Positions 39,601 to 55,000 of a DNA stretch of 64,000 bases are shown here, one piece after another. Position 1 is the stretch's first letter. Each line of letters starts with the position of its first letter. The position numbers were made by a program, and so were the translations under genes. Location of the stretch: NCBI GenBank assembly GCA_017499595.2, contig CM039005.1:496001-560000 (forward strand), read 5' to 3'. The stretch is from Psilocybe cubensis (Eukaryota). The notes under the pieces are model-generated. The model was not told the DNA's origin. It did not search any database and saw only the letters and a program-made list of their open reading frames with translations.

Positions 39601-42600
39601 TCTTTCATTCATAACCCATCCTTTGTCAAATCTCCTGACAATGCATCCAGATCACCCGCAACCTGGCTCTTTGCCCACCTTCACACCCGCGAGCTGCTCG
39701 CCAAAGCTTCGCCAGAATCTCTTTTAACTGCTCTTGGCTTCGATGGACTTTCTATTCCCACAGAGGGGACCCAGATCCCGATTAAGAAGTACAATGCCTT
39801 CGAAGAACTGACTGGCGGTGTTTCTTTGGGCAGCATTATGGAGGAGGAGTACATTGACTATGTGAAAACTAGCCGGCTTGTGTCAAGGGAGCTGCATCTT
39901 TTGCCTGGGCAGTCAGCATTGGTGGTTAATGGCCGTGTACGTCCAATCCCTTAAGCGCATATATGTGTACTTCAGGGTAATTTATTAACATGATGTAATT
40001 GTCCAGGTTGTTGGTCCCATTGCTGCTAACGATTTCCATGTCGCGGATTTCAAGACCTTGGAAGACCATGAATTCAGGGGACGCACTGAGCCTGTTGTGA
40101 AGGCTCTGCAAGACGTGGTTCCACAGCTGTCTGAAGATAGGTGAGTCGCATTCATGTCTGCATTTTTCTCTTCTTTGAGTTAAACCCTTCTTCAGAAACA
40201 AATTTGCAAACGTCGTGTCTTTGGCTTCTTCGGTAATCGCAGCGACGCAACAACCTGATCCAAGTGAGGCTGGTCTATTTGATAAACCACTTATAGTTAG
40301 ACAGCGAGGCTATCAGCTGCTGGACTCAGAATATACGTACGTCCTCTCTGATCATGCAGAAGGAATGTAAAATCTTACATTCTGCACAAGATCGTTTCAA
40401 TATGGCGACAATTCGACGGCGCTACATCATGTAGCAGTGCTTGTCGATCCTTTGAGCGAAACAGGTCAAAGGTGGTCTAGTCTTGTCAAGGTGTGTGTTG
40501 CAATATTTGCGGAAGATACAATCTGACGCAGCAGTCGATCCAAAGTGGTTGTCGAATATCCCAGACATATTTATTTCAATCCATCTCAATCCTGCTGGAT
40601 ATAAAGATGTAAGCAGATCGATGAGCATGTTGGATGAGTTTTAATGCCAATCTCGTTGTAGGTTCCATTGAAGAGGTTTTATCGCTACAATCTTATCCCT
40701 CAACTTTCTTTCGACGAAGAGGGGTCCGTTTTTCTTTGTTCACTATATTACATGAAAGTCATTTTTATTTTATTTTCAGGCGCGAAGTTGCCTCCCAGGC
40801 TATCTTTGAGGATATACCTGTGGATCCTATATACACTCTCGCCATGGATGTCCCTACAGCCTGGCTTGTCCGACCGCGCGAGGCTCTCTACGACCTCGAC
40901 AACATCCAGCTTGGCAAACTTTACCCAGGCGATACAGCCGTTGAAGCGGTCTTCGCTCTCGACTATATCGTCATCGAAGGCCACGCGCGCGAAGTTGCCA
41001 ATCAAGTGCCACGTGGTGTGCAGCTGCAGCTCGCCGCAGGTGATGGGGTCCCTGTAGACGACACACAGGTCGTCGCTAATCTAGGGTACTTCCAATTCAA
41101 GGCCAAACCAGGTGTTTTCAAGTTGGAGATCAGAGAGGGTAGAGGGCGCAAGATTTTCAACCTTGATAGTGCTGGCAATGAGGGTTGGGATAGTCCGACT
41201 GTGGAAGAAGCTGGTGCAGAAATTACAGTGACGAGTTTCGAGGGCTTAACGCTGTATCCTCGGTTGTCGAGAAATCCTGGTATGGAACTGGCAGAAGTAC
41301 TGCAAGAAGAGGAAAAGGATGATGAGCCGAAGGGGATCTTTGAGGATATTTCATCTCGGTGTGTCGCTGTCGCTTTTGCTTTTCTGATTTATTATTAATT
41401 GCGTTGAAGGGTCATGTCTATCTTCAAATCATCTCCGAAGAAAGAACTTTCGACCGAGGTTGCGACTGTGAAACCTCAGGCAGATATCAATATCTTTACT
41501 GTCGCATCTGGTCTCCTTTACGAGGTGCGCATGGTCTATGAAGCTTTGAGCGTACTGTTGACATGATGTACCTGTTCTGTTATAGCGCTTCGTCGGCATT
41601 ATGATTCTCAGTGTACTCCGTAACACCAACAGTACAGTCAAATTTTGGTTCATCGAGAACTTCCTCTCCCCTTCATTCCTGGTTTGTATTCCATGCGCGT
41701 ATCGTGTGCCGTACCCGAGCTTACTCCGCCCCGTAGGAATTTATACCCCACATGGCCGAGAGGTATAACTTCCAATACGAGCTCGTCACATACAAGTGGC
41801 CATCATGGCTTCGTGCTCAGACGGAGAAGCAGCGTATCATTTGGGCGTACAAGATTCTCTTCCTCGACGTCCTATTCCCCATGGACTTAAAGAAGGTTAT
41901 CTTCGTGGACGCTGACCAGATCGTCCGCGCTGATCTCAAGGAGTTGGTCGACCTTGACCTTCATGGCGCACCGTATGGCTACACACCAATGGGTGACGAC
42001 AACACAGAGATGGAAGGTTTCCGTTTCTGGAAAACGGGATACTGGAAGGAGTTCTTGCAGGGCAAACCTTACCACATCAGGTTCGCAACTTTTCCCCGGA
42101 CTCATCTTCGTGGCATAACTGATGACCTGTCACTTTTTTCCATAGTGCTCTGTATGTCATCGACCTCGTCCGGTTCAGACAGGCGAGTTCTCATTTTTCG
42201 ACCATAACATTTCAACCTCTCATACTGTCGTTTTTTGATTTAGTTGGCAGCCGGAGTTAGTGACATGATAACCCGTTACTTCATGCGCTAATGATGTCAT
42301 TAGGATATTCTCCGGGGCTCATACCACTCGCTTTCTGCGGATCCTAACTCGCTTGCTAACTTGGACCAAGGTCATTTCCGTCGCGTCCGATTCAGTTACA
42401 CTTTTGCTGATCTTCTGGCTTGCCGGTATAGACTTACCTAATAATCTTCAGGCCCAGGTTCCGATTGTGAGTTGATAAGTCTATTTATATACGACTGTTA
42501 CTAAATCGTTTAATCTAGTATTCGTTGAGTGAAGATTGGCTATGGGTGCGTGTACATGTTACATGATAAAGGGTAACGGAAATTAATGAGCTCGTGCAGT

Positions 42601-42977
42601 GTGAAACGTGGTGCAGCAAAGATCGCCTGCACAGAGCTAAAACTATTGATCTGTGCCAAAATCCCATGACTGTACGTTCTCTTTACGAGTTGCAAACGAC
42701 TCTTATCACAGCTTTTAACCCCATCAAATCATAGAAAGAACCGAAGCTCGCGCGTGCGCGTCAAATTCCAGAGTGGGACGAGTACGATACGGAGATTGCA
42801 CGCTTTACACGAGAGCTGGCCGAAGCTGGTAAATTACATTCAAGAATTGCTACTGCCGACGCGAATGTTCTGGCTGGCGGTGGTGCCGACGGCAAGAAAG
42901 ATGCCAGCGCCGAGGTCGTTGAAGAGGAAATCAAAGACGAGTCACATGCGGAGGAGCCTACGCGGGACGAGCTTTGA
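36609..42977 (+). CDS. GPT1: UDP-glucose:glycoprotein glucosyltransferase (UGGT, GT24)
   Basis: Signal peptide; [94 protein letters not shown]-terminal ER retrieval signal RDEL. Confidence 0.97.
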
Positions 42978-45900
42978 AACGTTGTTGGCATGTGTATATT
43001 TATTTGGGATAATAATCACTTATATGAGTTATGGCAGCCTTGAAGTTTGAAGTTTACAACAAGGTAACCTTGTGCTCTGTAGATGCAGACTCGGAACGCT
43101 CGCTTTTCTTTTATTCCACCTCGGTCTTCTATGTTGGAAATTCTAATCGCAAGCGATCGATCCCAATTGCATTCTGTATGGAACCCGGTCCTTTTGAGCA
43201 TTTTGAACAGAAAGCCGATGCCATTCTTCAAGAATAGACACCTCCGCGATGTGACTGAATGAAATCATGATTAAACTCTATGGCATATGGTCTGCTGTGG
43301 TTTTAGCACACTAGTAAGGATTAACTGTGATCCCTGTATTTGTGGCATTTATGGGTATGTGGGAGCCACTGGTTAACTGTGAATCCGACTTTATTAATAA
43401 GTGCACAACTTGATTAATACGTCTCAGCCACCTTCACAGTCCGGCATATTGTTCCTAGCGAGGCACATACAGGCTCAAAGTTAAGAACGAGACTGACAGT
43501 CAGCTGCAGGTTCGCAATCCGCGTAGAAATCGAGCCGATGAATTGCAGAATATATCTGTAATGCAATGCATTTGTTATCATGATTGACAGAGTTACGACG
43601 ACATTTCCAGTGTAAGATACGCCACAAGATATCTCAGGAATGAAATGACATTCAAAATAACAAAACGGATGGAAAGCCTGGCCGCTTAGGGGGGATAAAG
43701 CGGCGCGTCTGCTTTCGTTCCGTGGAAGTAAGACCTTGAGAGAGTTCCCCTGGGTAAGAGAACGCCTCGAGGGGTCAAAGGGCGTATATGCACACAAAGA
43801 GAAATCACAATGGTGCCTTTACAGTGCGAGCAGCACATGCTCCCGGACTAGTAGCTAGATAGAAAAACGTCCCGGAAATTTACATGACATATAAGCCATT
43901 GGCTAGATTGCTCCATTTTTACCCTGTGGCCGCGGGACGGAGATGGTTATTTGCAAAGCATGTAAACAAGCGTCTACAGTGCTATTAATGCTACTGGCTG
44001 AGCAGTTTGAAGGCCATCCGTTGCACGATCATGTCGCGGTCGCGCAGACATTTGCCTCTTACAAGCCGAGAAAAGGCGAGTTCTTTATTTCCGAGATTCC
44101 GCATTCCTCTACTCTGCTCACCTACAGTTTTCCCAGTTTTCCATACAGAGAGGACGGAGCCATGAGGTATTTTGCTCACATCCGACCTTGACGAGGATTT
44201 GCGGTCTCGGGCGGATATTCCGACACGGGATGTCAAAGTTAGAACTCGAACAATCGTCAATGACTAACGACTGTACAAGAAATGAGAGATGAAAAGAGGG
44301 GATCGTTTAGACGAGCGTCAACCAGTTTTGAGCAAGTTGATTGAAGCTACAAATTGCCCTGACCTATTTATTATCATGGCTCTTCGGTGTATCAAGAGAC
44401 GATACAAGTACGTATGTAGTTGGTACGACTGAATAGCACTGTGGTCATGCATTGAATCATCGAGCTATGAATAGGCCGGTTATGACGGTTAGTTATGTCG
44501 TCGAGCGGATTCCCTTGACCCAAATTTTGGGCCCCAAAAACAACAGCCGTTCAGCCGCCCCAGTAAGAGGCTCCACCATCGGAGGAGGAGCATCGTAATT
44601 CACCAGTAGACTCAAGACCCCCCTCCGGAAGTCGCACGGAATATATGAATACTGCGCGAGAAAAAAAAATAACAATGTCCATCATATCATGAAGACATAT
44701 TCACGGCTTCTTTCCCTGGTTGCCCCCGGTGCGGCATTGCTTCCAGTGTGCTTCACATGGCCGTCACACCGAAAGCACCAAAAATGGCCCATCGCCGTTT
44801 CCCCAGAGCTGAGGGTTTCTGGGGGCAAGGCCCTTCGTCATGTTGATAAACAAGTTGACCGTGGCAAAAATACAGCACTGTCGAGAACGCGAGATTGCCA
44901 GCTATTAGATAAGAACCTGACGTCGTCGTTGAACCGCCGGCGTAATCTTCAACCTCTGATGCCTGGATGGACAGTTGCATTGTAGACGAGATGGATGGTT
45001 GGGTCAAGGTTTTATCCCTTCCCCCCCATCGTCGAAGGGGCCAACCAGAAATCGCGAAATTGTAAGGTGACAAAACTACACTCTTCAAAGGAATCAATTT
45101 CTGATTGGCAGGAAAGCAAGCCGCCGTGCGGCACTTCAAACAAAAACAGCCCATTGCATGTGCAACATTTGGCAACATTCTGTTCTGCTTCTGTTAGATG
45201 TGTTAGATGTTAGCACAGCGCGTCGAAATATTCATGATAGCTCCATACCCGATACTCGGGGCCCTCTTTAGCTTCCCATGATGGGCAAATGCAGTAAGGA
45301 AACTGATGTAAGTTCGACTTTGCAAGTGTGAAGTTGTGGAAAAAACAGGCCTTGCACGGCAAACGCTCAGCAACAGGTCGGGACACCCCAGAGTCAAAAC
45401 GCCCACACGCCCGTCATCCGAAGCCTTTAATTTTGGAACATCATAGAAGCATTCTTCTCGCGCGCTAGCGAGGACCCCTCTTGGTTACCATGACCTCAAA
45501 TTCTGATTGTCCAATCAGAACCGCCCGCTATCTCGTCGTCGTCGTCGTCGGGCAGTGGGCTGATTTGATTTTTTTGAACAATTAAAATGATGAATCCAAG
45601 AATACGCCACGAAAAGCAACTTCTCATCGTGCGCACACCTCCTAAATATAAAGCATCTCGACGCGGTGGCACACAACTATTGGGCAAGCACATACCTGCA
45701 CTGATTGCAACGTCTTCGATACTGACTAAACGTCTAACCCGCTCCTGTGATGTGAGTAGCACGCGTACGAGTCTCGAGAAGGAGGGAAACCGGAGCGCGG
45801 CGCGGCGCCGACGCAGCGGATTGGGAAAACTGGGAAACTTTGAAGCGGTTTTTTTGACGGTGTGGGCTTGACTGCGGGGGTTCTCAAAGTTCATCCATCC

Positions 45901-48707
45901 CATCCATCACAACTTTGCAGAATGTTCGAAATCCGCGCCGCTGCGCATCCAACCATCAATACCTCCTTTACCCAGAGCCCACAAATACCACAGTTCAAGG
46001 TGCTTATCATCTGAAAGGGCAGAGTTAGGTACACAAAATGCAGTCCAGGGTCTGTCTTCAGAATTGTCAATAAATCATCAATATCAGGCACCTCGTCCGA
46101 GGTGCCCATCCAACCCAAGGTTCGCAATCTGATCACGGTTCTTCCTCTCCCTTGGTCCAAGCTTGAGTTGGTCTTGAGCAAAGGACCACTTGACTCGTTC
46201 TGTTTTTCCTTTCCATACCACACTAATTTCGAAATTTACGCGGGATCAGATGCCTGCGATAATGATTATGAACGTAATATAATCAGTAAGTCCAATGGGT
46301 CGCGTGCGCCGGCTCTGGCTCTGGCTCTGGCTGAAAGGGCCTGAGGGAGGGGGGGGTGATGTGTAGCGAGCGGGTGTACTATACATGAGCAACGATGACG
46401 TGCCGCCCATTGCCCAATCGTACCTTGCCATATCGCATTTATACTAAAACAATTCATCAATAGCAATAAATTATAAACCGAGAGATAAGGATAGGATAAT
46501 TAAACTCGTACGTTTTTTTAAATCCGCGATGTGATGTAGGAGGCCGGGGTCGGGGAGGGAGCGGGTGCGACGTCTAGAAGTTGAACGATGAACGTTGATG
46601 AGGAAAGTCGACTTGATACTGGACAGGGGGCGACATAGCATTGACCTATACACCTCTTGACGTGAAATTTTAAAATCAGTAGCATTAGCATATATATAAC
46701 AGAATAAAATCGCATCTATGAACATACGTACTAGTACTGTACTCTACAGACTATAATACGGAATTGCATGCAAGAGTAAGTAAGAGATACAGCAAGCAAA
46801 AAAAAGGAATTAAAACAAACAAGAAGAAAATCGACTATGTATGTAGTAGCGACGATAGACGATAGGCGATAGGACATGGACTTGATAATGAGACAGCAAA
46901 GAAAGGAATAGAGAAATGGGAAAAGAAAAGGGAAAAGAGAATAGAAATAGAAAAAAAGACCAAACGATCAGTCTACAACAAGGATAACCAAATCCACAAT
47001 TCACCGACCTCAAGCTCCTAGCTCCTCCTCTCAAATCTCAAATCTCATACCCAAGGTCCCCCTGCTCAACTCAACTCAACTCACCACCACTCACCTCAAA
47101 TCACAACAAACACTCAAAAAAAAGGACACAGACGCATAATCCAACAAAGTGTTTGTTGTTGTGTAGTAGTAGTGTGTTCGCATACAAAAATCGTCATTCA
47201 TCATCCTAAAAGGTCATCATCATCCAGTCCAAATCCAAAGGGTAATCCGTCCATGGGGTGTGGGGTATGTGTAAGAGAGAAGAGATAGAGGGAGGGAGAG
47301 AGAGGATGAGGGAGGGAGGGAGGGAAGAACAGAAAAACGAGAATTCCAAAAAGTCCACGTTCGTAACCCTCAAACACCCCTCTAACCACTTCTCTTCTCT
47401 TCTCTTCTCCTCCTCATCGCCATCATCATCATCAACACCACCATCGCCATCGCCATCGCTCGCGTCGTCGACGTCATCGCAGAGATACCGAAACCATCCC
47501 GGAAGACAAGGCAAGGACAAGACAAAGGGCCAAAAAACTCGCTCGCAAAGACATAAAAAATCCTGGAAAACTCCCAGACTCCCACTCCGAAATCTATTAA
47601 GCCTATTAACATTAAAAGAAGAGAAAAGAAACAGAACGGGAAAAAAGGGGATAATGAAAATAGAAAGAAAAAAAGAATATTCCATCCCTCTTAATCAACT
47701 CAACCTCGACCCAACTTCCACATATCCACAACGACATCCAGACCGTCCTACGTGTTCCATTCCACATCCACATCCACAATCCATCCAAAATAAAACGGTA
47801 TGAGAGGGGCGGGGGGTAAAAAGCGCGCGAATGGGAGTAAGTGGGTAAAAAGCGTGCAAAAGGGAGTAAGTGGGTAAAAGCAAAGCAACAAGAAGGGACG
47901 GAACAATAATTAATCATGAAAAAACAAAATTTTGTCAAACACAAAAAAGAAAAAAGAAAAGATGAAAAGGGTAGGGTGGCGGGGTAAACCAGAGTGGAAA
48001 GCCAATGGGAGTGAGAAGATGCGGTAAATGCGAGCGGAGCGTGGTGGGTTTTTTTCTATTACATGATGGCGTGATGCGGTATACGGGATGCAGTACGATG
48101 CGATGCGATACGATGCGGGGGGTCCTTGAGGTACGCGCAAAGTGCGCTCACGACGACGACAACGACGACGAGAGGCAAAGCGAGCGAGCCAGCGAGGAGG
48201 GAAAGGGTAAAAAAGGACCACGGATTGGACGGGGACGGACAGACAAACAAATATCCGACGAACAGCGGAGGAGCAAGCGAACAACGTCTATAATAGCTTC
48301 TCTTTTTTAAAAACTTCTTCATCAAACAGACGGGGTGCAGGGGGGCGGGCGGGCGGGAATAAGTGTATTGGTATGTTATGTGTAGGGTAGGGTAGAAAGG
48401 GCGATTGATGGGGTAAAGGGGTAAAGGGTGTTCGGAGGAGGAGGACGAGGAGGGGCACGCATGGACAGGCACATCGTCAGCGGCGCACCTAACAATGGTG
48501 GGCGGCGGCGATGGCGACGAGCGGCATATGTCGGTGTCGGGTGGGTACGACGAGGACACGACGGAGGAGGAGGACAGGGGCGGCGGAAACAGGGGCAGGG
48601 GGACAGAGGCATCGAAAAAAAACAGACACAAACAACAGACAGAGGGAGGAACGAAAACAAACGCATGAAACCAAAAAAACAATAAGAGTCATGGACCAAC
48701 AAGCTGC

Positions 48708-51700
48708 TCACGCAGCAGTCCGACTCGGGTTTCTCGCGAGCGTCGCACCGACCCTCTGCGCCTGGATACTGCTGAATCGCTGGAGCTCCTCGGGCTTCAT
48801 CGAGATCTTCTGTCCAAAGCCGACCTTGCGCGCCGCGCGCTTGATGAACGACACACGGTTCGAGTACAGACTCTCGTGGATCGACGCTGCGCGGGATTGG
48901 GTGCGGGTCATGGGTACACCTGTCTGCGCCTCCTGTGCGACCTTGGCCTCGTGGCGCTGGCGCAAGCGTTTGATGACGGTCGCCTTCATCGCGAACTTGA
49001 TCCAGTCGAGAGGGATGAACCACACAATGTTCTAAAGATAAGATATCCAGATTAACATCGATGCAATGAAAGGCAGAAACGAAACAAAAATGACATACCC
49101 AGACCCAGACAATACCGATCCATCCACCGCTGATAGCCCTAATCTTAGTGAATCCCCAGTCACCGTAGGCAGCAATGATCGACGAGATCAGCTGGGCAAT
49201 GCAGAACGCGACCATGAGCGCAGTCGAAGGGCGCTCCATGAAGAAGAACGAGTGGGAACGGGTGACGAAGATGAGCGCCTGCGAGATGATGGCGACCTGG
49301 AGGTAGATAACCATGTGCAGTTGAGGGTCGTTGGAGGCGATGGGGAAGTCGGTGTCGAGGCGCACGCCGAAGGTGTCCTGGAAGAAAGTGGTCTCCTTGA
49401 TGATGCAGACGAGGGCAACGCTGAGAGAGGGAAGTAATTTTAGTATAAATGTGTTAAAGAATAGAAAGAAAAGAACATACGTAGAGGCAGTCAAGTAGAT
49501 ACCATAAGCAACAGCATAACTGAAAATCTCCGCAAGATCCCAACTGTCCGGTGTCATAGAGGGCAACACACGGTCAACAGAGAGAGTCATGATAGTACCA
49601 TCGTTCAACAGCGCAATAATCAGAATCATAAACGGCGGGAAGTCAAACTTGTACGTGAACGCCAAAATGGCAAAGCACACGACAATACGGATGGTAACAG
49701 CACAAGCGTAGATGGAGTAGTTGCGCATACGTTGGAAGATGACACGGGACTGGCGGATGGCGTGGACGATGGTGGACAGACCGGGTTCCGTCAAGACAAT
49801 GTCAGCAGCACCACGGGCAGCGTCCGTGGCACCCTCGACAGCGATACCGACGTTGGCGCGGGACAAGGCAGGGGCGTCGTTCGCACCGTCACCAGTCATA
49901 GCGCAGAGATGTCCGAGACCCTGGAGACGCTTGACGATCTCGTACTTGTGCTCGGGGAAGACTCCAGCGAAACCGTCGGCGTCCATGATCATCTCGTCGA
50001 GCGAACCGTGCTTGCTTCCGGGGGCGGGGCCGTCCTTGAGAACCTTGGCGGGGTACATGTGGTCGCCGAGTCCAAGACGACGGCCAGTCTCCTTTGCAAT
50101 AGCCAGCTGATCACCAGTGACCATCTTGACTTTAACACCGAGGGCGAGAGCATCGTCGATAGTCTGCTTGGTGTCGTCACGGGGAGGATCGTAGATGGCC
50201 AGAAGACCGATGAGTTCAAATCCGTTACCCTCAGCCTCAAAGTCGTCGCCGTCAACCTCCTCATAAGCAACAGCGAGCGCACGCAGACCACGGGCGGCGT
50301 ACTCCTCGACGTCCTTCTCGAGACGGTTCTCGATCTCCTCGGTCTTGTTGCGCGAGCAGAGTTCGATGATGATACCGGTCATACCCTTGGTGACACGCTT
50401 GAGCTTGCCAGTGGCCTCCTCGCGGTAAGTGATCTCCGTGCGCTTGTCAACGGGGTTGAAAGGCTTGAAGTCGAGGAGCTTGATGCCAGCACGGGCGCGC
50501 GAGGGATCACCAATAGCCTGGACGACGGAAGCGTCGATGGCGTCCTGGTTCTCCGTGCGCGAAGCGTAGGCGGCGAGGAGGATGACGTCCTCGGCGGAGA
50601 AGGGGCCATAGGTCTGGATGGTGTTGCGGTCGATGGTGAGCTTGTTGGTGGTCAAAGTACCGGTCTTGTCAGAGCACAGAATGGTGACACCAGCCAACTC
50701 CTCAATAGCGGTGATACGGGTAACGATAGCCTTGTACTTGGCGAGCTGCTGGGCACCGACGGCGAGGGTGACAGACAAGACAGTGGGCATGGCAATGGGG
50801 ATACCACCTATGAGGAGGACAAGGATGTTGTCGAGACCGCGGCGGTAGCTGTAGCGGAAACCGGCGTAGAGGGTGAAAATTTCAGCGAGAACGAAGATAC
50901 CGATGGTGATAAGGCAGAAGGAGCCAATCTGGGCGAGAATCTTCTGCAAGTGACCAGTGGTGTCATCGTCCTGTCCGACGAGGGAGGCAGCGCGACCGAA
51001 GAAAGTGTTGGAGCCAGTGGAGATAACAACACCCTCGGCTTCACCCTGCTTGCAGGTAGAACCCCTAAGTAACGGAAATTTTCGGTAAGTAACGAGAAAA
51101 ATTTCGTCATCACAGAAAAAGGACACTCACGAGAAGCACTGATCGCCGTTCTTCTTGGACTGGGGGAGAGATTCACCGGTGAGGGCAGCCTGGTCGATAG
51201 AAACGTTGATAGCTTCAGTAAGACGGCAGTCGGCGGGGACGATGTCTCCAATTTTGAAAGAGATCATGTCACCGGGGACAAGAGTAGCCGACTCGATTTC
51301 TGACCAGTTGCCAGCACGCTTGACCTTGGCCTTGGGGGCGAGGGAGTCCATGAGGGCTTTGACAGCGTTTCCGGCGTTGCGTTCCTCATAGAAACCGATA
51401 GCAGAGTTGATGAAAAGCAGGAGGACGATACCGACAAAATCGGGCCAGTCAGGAGGTTGGCCCTGTCCGTTGGAGAGGACGATAGCGACGAGGGCAGCAG
51501 CTTCCATGACCCAGGAGAGGGGATTCCACATGAAGGACAAGAACTTGGGACCGAGGTAAGCATGCGAACGCAGGAAAGAGGGGGAAAAAGCGACACGTAC
51601 TTGGAGGAAAGGATTCTGCTCATCCACCTCCAACTTGTTGGGACCAAAGAGCTCGAGACGGCGGGCGGCCTCCTCCTCTGAGAGACCGTTCTCGTCGCAC

Positions 51701-52040
51701 TGGAGGAGCTTGAAGACGTCGTCGATGACGATAGTCTCCAAGTCTACCTTTTCCTTGTCGTAGAGATCCTCGGCCTTGAGTTCGATCTGGGAGGGGGAAA
51801 AATGAGTGCCACGCAGGAAGAAACCGGGAAAAGACGGAATCGCACAGTGTCCATATCGACGAGAGCGCCTGGAAAGAGGTGAGCTGGGTGTATGCGACGA
51901 CGAAAAAGAGGAAACGTACGGGTAGGGCCCTCTTCCTCATGGCCGAAATCCTTGTACTCTCTTTTGCGTTTCTCTGGCTCTGCGCTGTCTGGCGCAGGAG
52001 AGGGTGGTTGGGGACCAGGCTCTTTCTCGACGTTGCTCAT
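48708..52040 (-). CDS. PMA1: Plasma-membrane P3A-type H+-ATPase
   Basis: [83 protein letters not shown]; includes a 23-nt exon near 51846-51868; TATA-like TATAAAA near 52162-52168. Confidence 0.98.
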
Positions 52041-55000
52041 CGCTGTGGTAGATACGCAGCAGCAGCTGGCAGGCGGATTGTCGAAATAGCAGCAAGGAGA
52101 GGGATGGAGGAGGGAGGGAGAGAAGGGATGAGAAGGGACAAAAGGGAAAATTGGAATATGCTTTTATAAAGGTGGCAAGGGGGTCTCTTATCTCCCGAAT
52201 AAAATTTAGCACGGATGTTGTTACGGAAGAAATGAACCGATCCTCATCGGACTCTCCATGCGACTCGCTGTCACGCCCATTGTCATATCACTCTGCTCAT
52301 CGTTGGCCCCCCGCAGAATCCCCACCAATGCGTATTTCCGCCAAAGAGGTGTCCGGTGTCCTCCCCTTCTCCTTGGCTCCCAAGCTTCGCTTTGGCCAAG
52401 TCCCACTTGACCATCTATACAAAAAACTATACTCATTACGGTACTTACATACAACAATCTCGTCGTCGCCATCATCTTCCTAGCTGTTTCGAATTTTAAT
52501 GCCCCAAGTACTACCAATAAATACGAAATTAATACAACGTTACTTAATGATCGACATTCGACCGACAACGATCATCATCTACGACTCGTACAACTCCAAC
52601 TAATTGTAATACTCAGAAGGCGCTTGACTCCTAGAAAGGTAACAATAAACCTGAACCTATAAATGCGCCGCTTAAACTTGCTTCGCGAGCACGTTCGATC
52701 TACACGATCATTCAGATCCTCTGCAATTCCATAATCGATAACCTCGCTTTTCCCAGCTATACCAGGCACAATTAAGCAGCGTCATCCAACCTCTCGACGC
52801 TGCACAGTTTATGGTCGAGGTATGATCTGTATTTCCCGGTACCGCCATCTGCAGCGCAATCATCAAAACATCAATTAAAACGCCAAGTTTTAACTTTTAT
52901 GAACCGCGCGAACGGATGATCGATGGATGCGTGGCCTTTCTTCCTTCTTCCTTCAAGTTCTTCCTTCTTCATTTTTTCTTCTTCCTCTTTCTTCAAGCCA
53001 TACCTAAACCCAAAAAATCAACCCACATCTAATACAAGTGAGCACCTTACCACATTCCCACCCGAGCCTTATCTCCAACCCGTATAAACCATTCTATCAA
53101 CCCTTCTTCGTAAGCCAATCAAGCAAATCGCCGAATTATCCAAATAATCCATAAATTAGCAGTATACACTAGCTCCAGCTTGACTGTACTGGTACATTCC
53201 CAACCCACCATAACATAATATACCATGCCATACCATACCATACCATACATACGCATAACCCAGCACAAGCTTACAACCACCACCGACAATGGGCTGCAGC
53301 ACCAGCGCTAATCTAAGCGCTAACTTAAGCTAAGCTAAGCTTCCATTAAACACAATGACAGGGACGGGGGGGCGGGAAGGCCCAGACTCTCCAAGTGGGC
53401 TTCGCGCATTGACAGCGACGCCAGGCTTAACTAGGCAATCGCATTACCTCATTAATCCACTCACACTCGGACTCGGACTCGGACTCGGGCTTGGACTTGG
53501 ATTTGCAATGCATTTACACAATTACAACGCTAGCGCTACGTTTGACGATCGACATGAACCAGCTGTGTACCGAGTCCCGACGTTACAGTAGCGAGCTTTA
53601 ATTTAGTAGACAAAAGATATCTATAGTAAATCTAAAAAAATGAGAAACATACTCTGATATAATCCCCCAACATAATCTCGTTAGAAATCTCATCTAATTT
53701 CTCGTTTCTCGCCAAAGTCTCGCCCGAAAGTTTAAGTTGAAGTTGATAAAATAGAATAGAATAGAATAGAATAAAAGAACCGATGTCGATGATATTTGAT
53801 TGATACTGCTCAACTTCACACTTCAAACTTGAACACCACAAGCTCAAAATCAGCTTCTTCCTTCAGCTTCCCTCTTGCTTCCCTCCCCGCATGGTACCAC
53901 GCTTCCTTACTTCCTTACTTCCTTACTTCCTTACTTCCGAGACAATCGATCGATCGATCGATCATCTTCCCAACGCCCAAGCGCCCAGCGCAAGCTCAAG
54001 TAGCCGCTCAACGATAATCATTATATCAATACCCAACACCCAATACACAATCACATATTACACAGTACAGACAGACCCAATCTCAGCTCAAACTAAGTAA
54101 GCAGAACGGGACGCATCGGGTAACCATCCAGCAACCCATCTACTACCCTTCCGAGTTCCCAGTCTACCATTAACTTAACTGTAATTTGCATCTCACTACG
54201 TCACCGCAACGCCCTCGCATTCGTAGAGGTGGCGGTGTCAGTATCATTACCAGTGTCAGTGTCAGTGTCAGTGTCAAAATGTTACATATTAGAGTGTAGA
54301 CTAGTAGCTTGATGGAGCGCATGTGGATGGTTAAAATGTTCTTAATAAATAACTTGAAATCCAGTGTTATCTTCTTAATACGTAACTCTCGAAACTTCTC
54401 TGATTCAGATAATGACGATTCAGCTACTACCGACGCCACTCCTCCTCTCCTCTCCTCTCCTCTCATCGACTAGACTAGGACACGACTAGGACACGACACG
54501 ACTCGACTCGTCGATTCGGACTGCCGAATTTTCAAACCCACGCACTGAACCACCTTCGTCAATCATAAATGCAGGCTGAACAAGATTTGGAATCACAACT
54601 CGATCGTGCTACCCGGGATATTTCGATATTTCATGTTAATGATATAATGATATAGCTTTGACACTGGCAATTCAGAATCAGAGGCGATGCCGGGGACCGT
54701 GATCATGACCGACTTTGACGCACCGCACGGACGCTGAGGCTGCGGCTGAGGCTGATGACGCTGATACCTATCCAATAACAATCACAACTCCCTAGAACTT
54801 AAAACTTAGCGCTGATGCTATTGTACTACTGATAATGACAATGATACATAATGATATCATGCTATCGTACCGAGAATAACTTGTCCCAGCTTGTCCCCAT
54901 ACGCATAACGCGCCATAATGAAATGCTTCCTACTTCCTGCTTCCTGCTTCTCAACTTCAACTTCACGTTAGCGTGGTATCTGCCAACAAGTACTGACACT

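Noticed and set aside
49732-51072. 446-aa plus-strand ORF
   Set aside because: Antisense shadow of codon-biased PMA1
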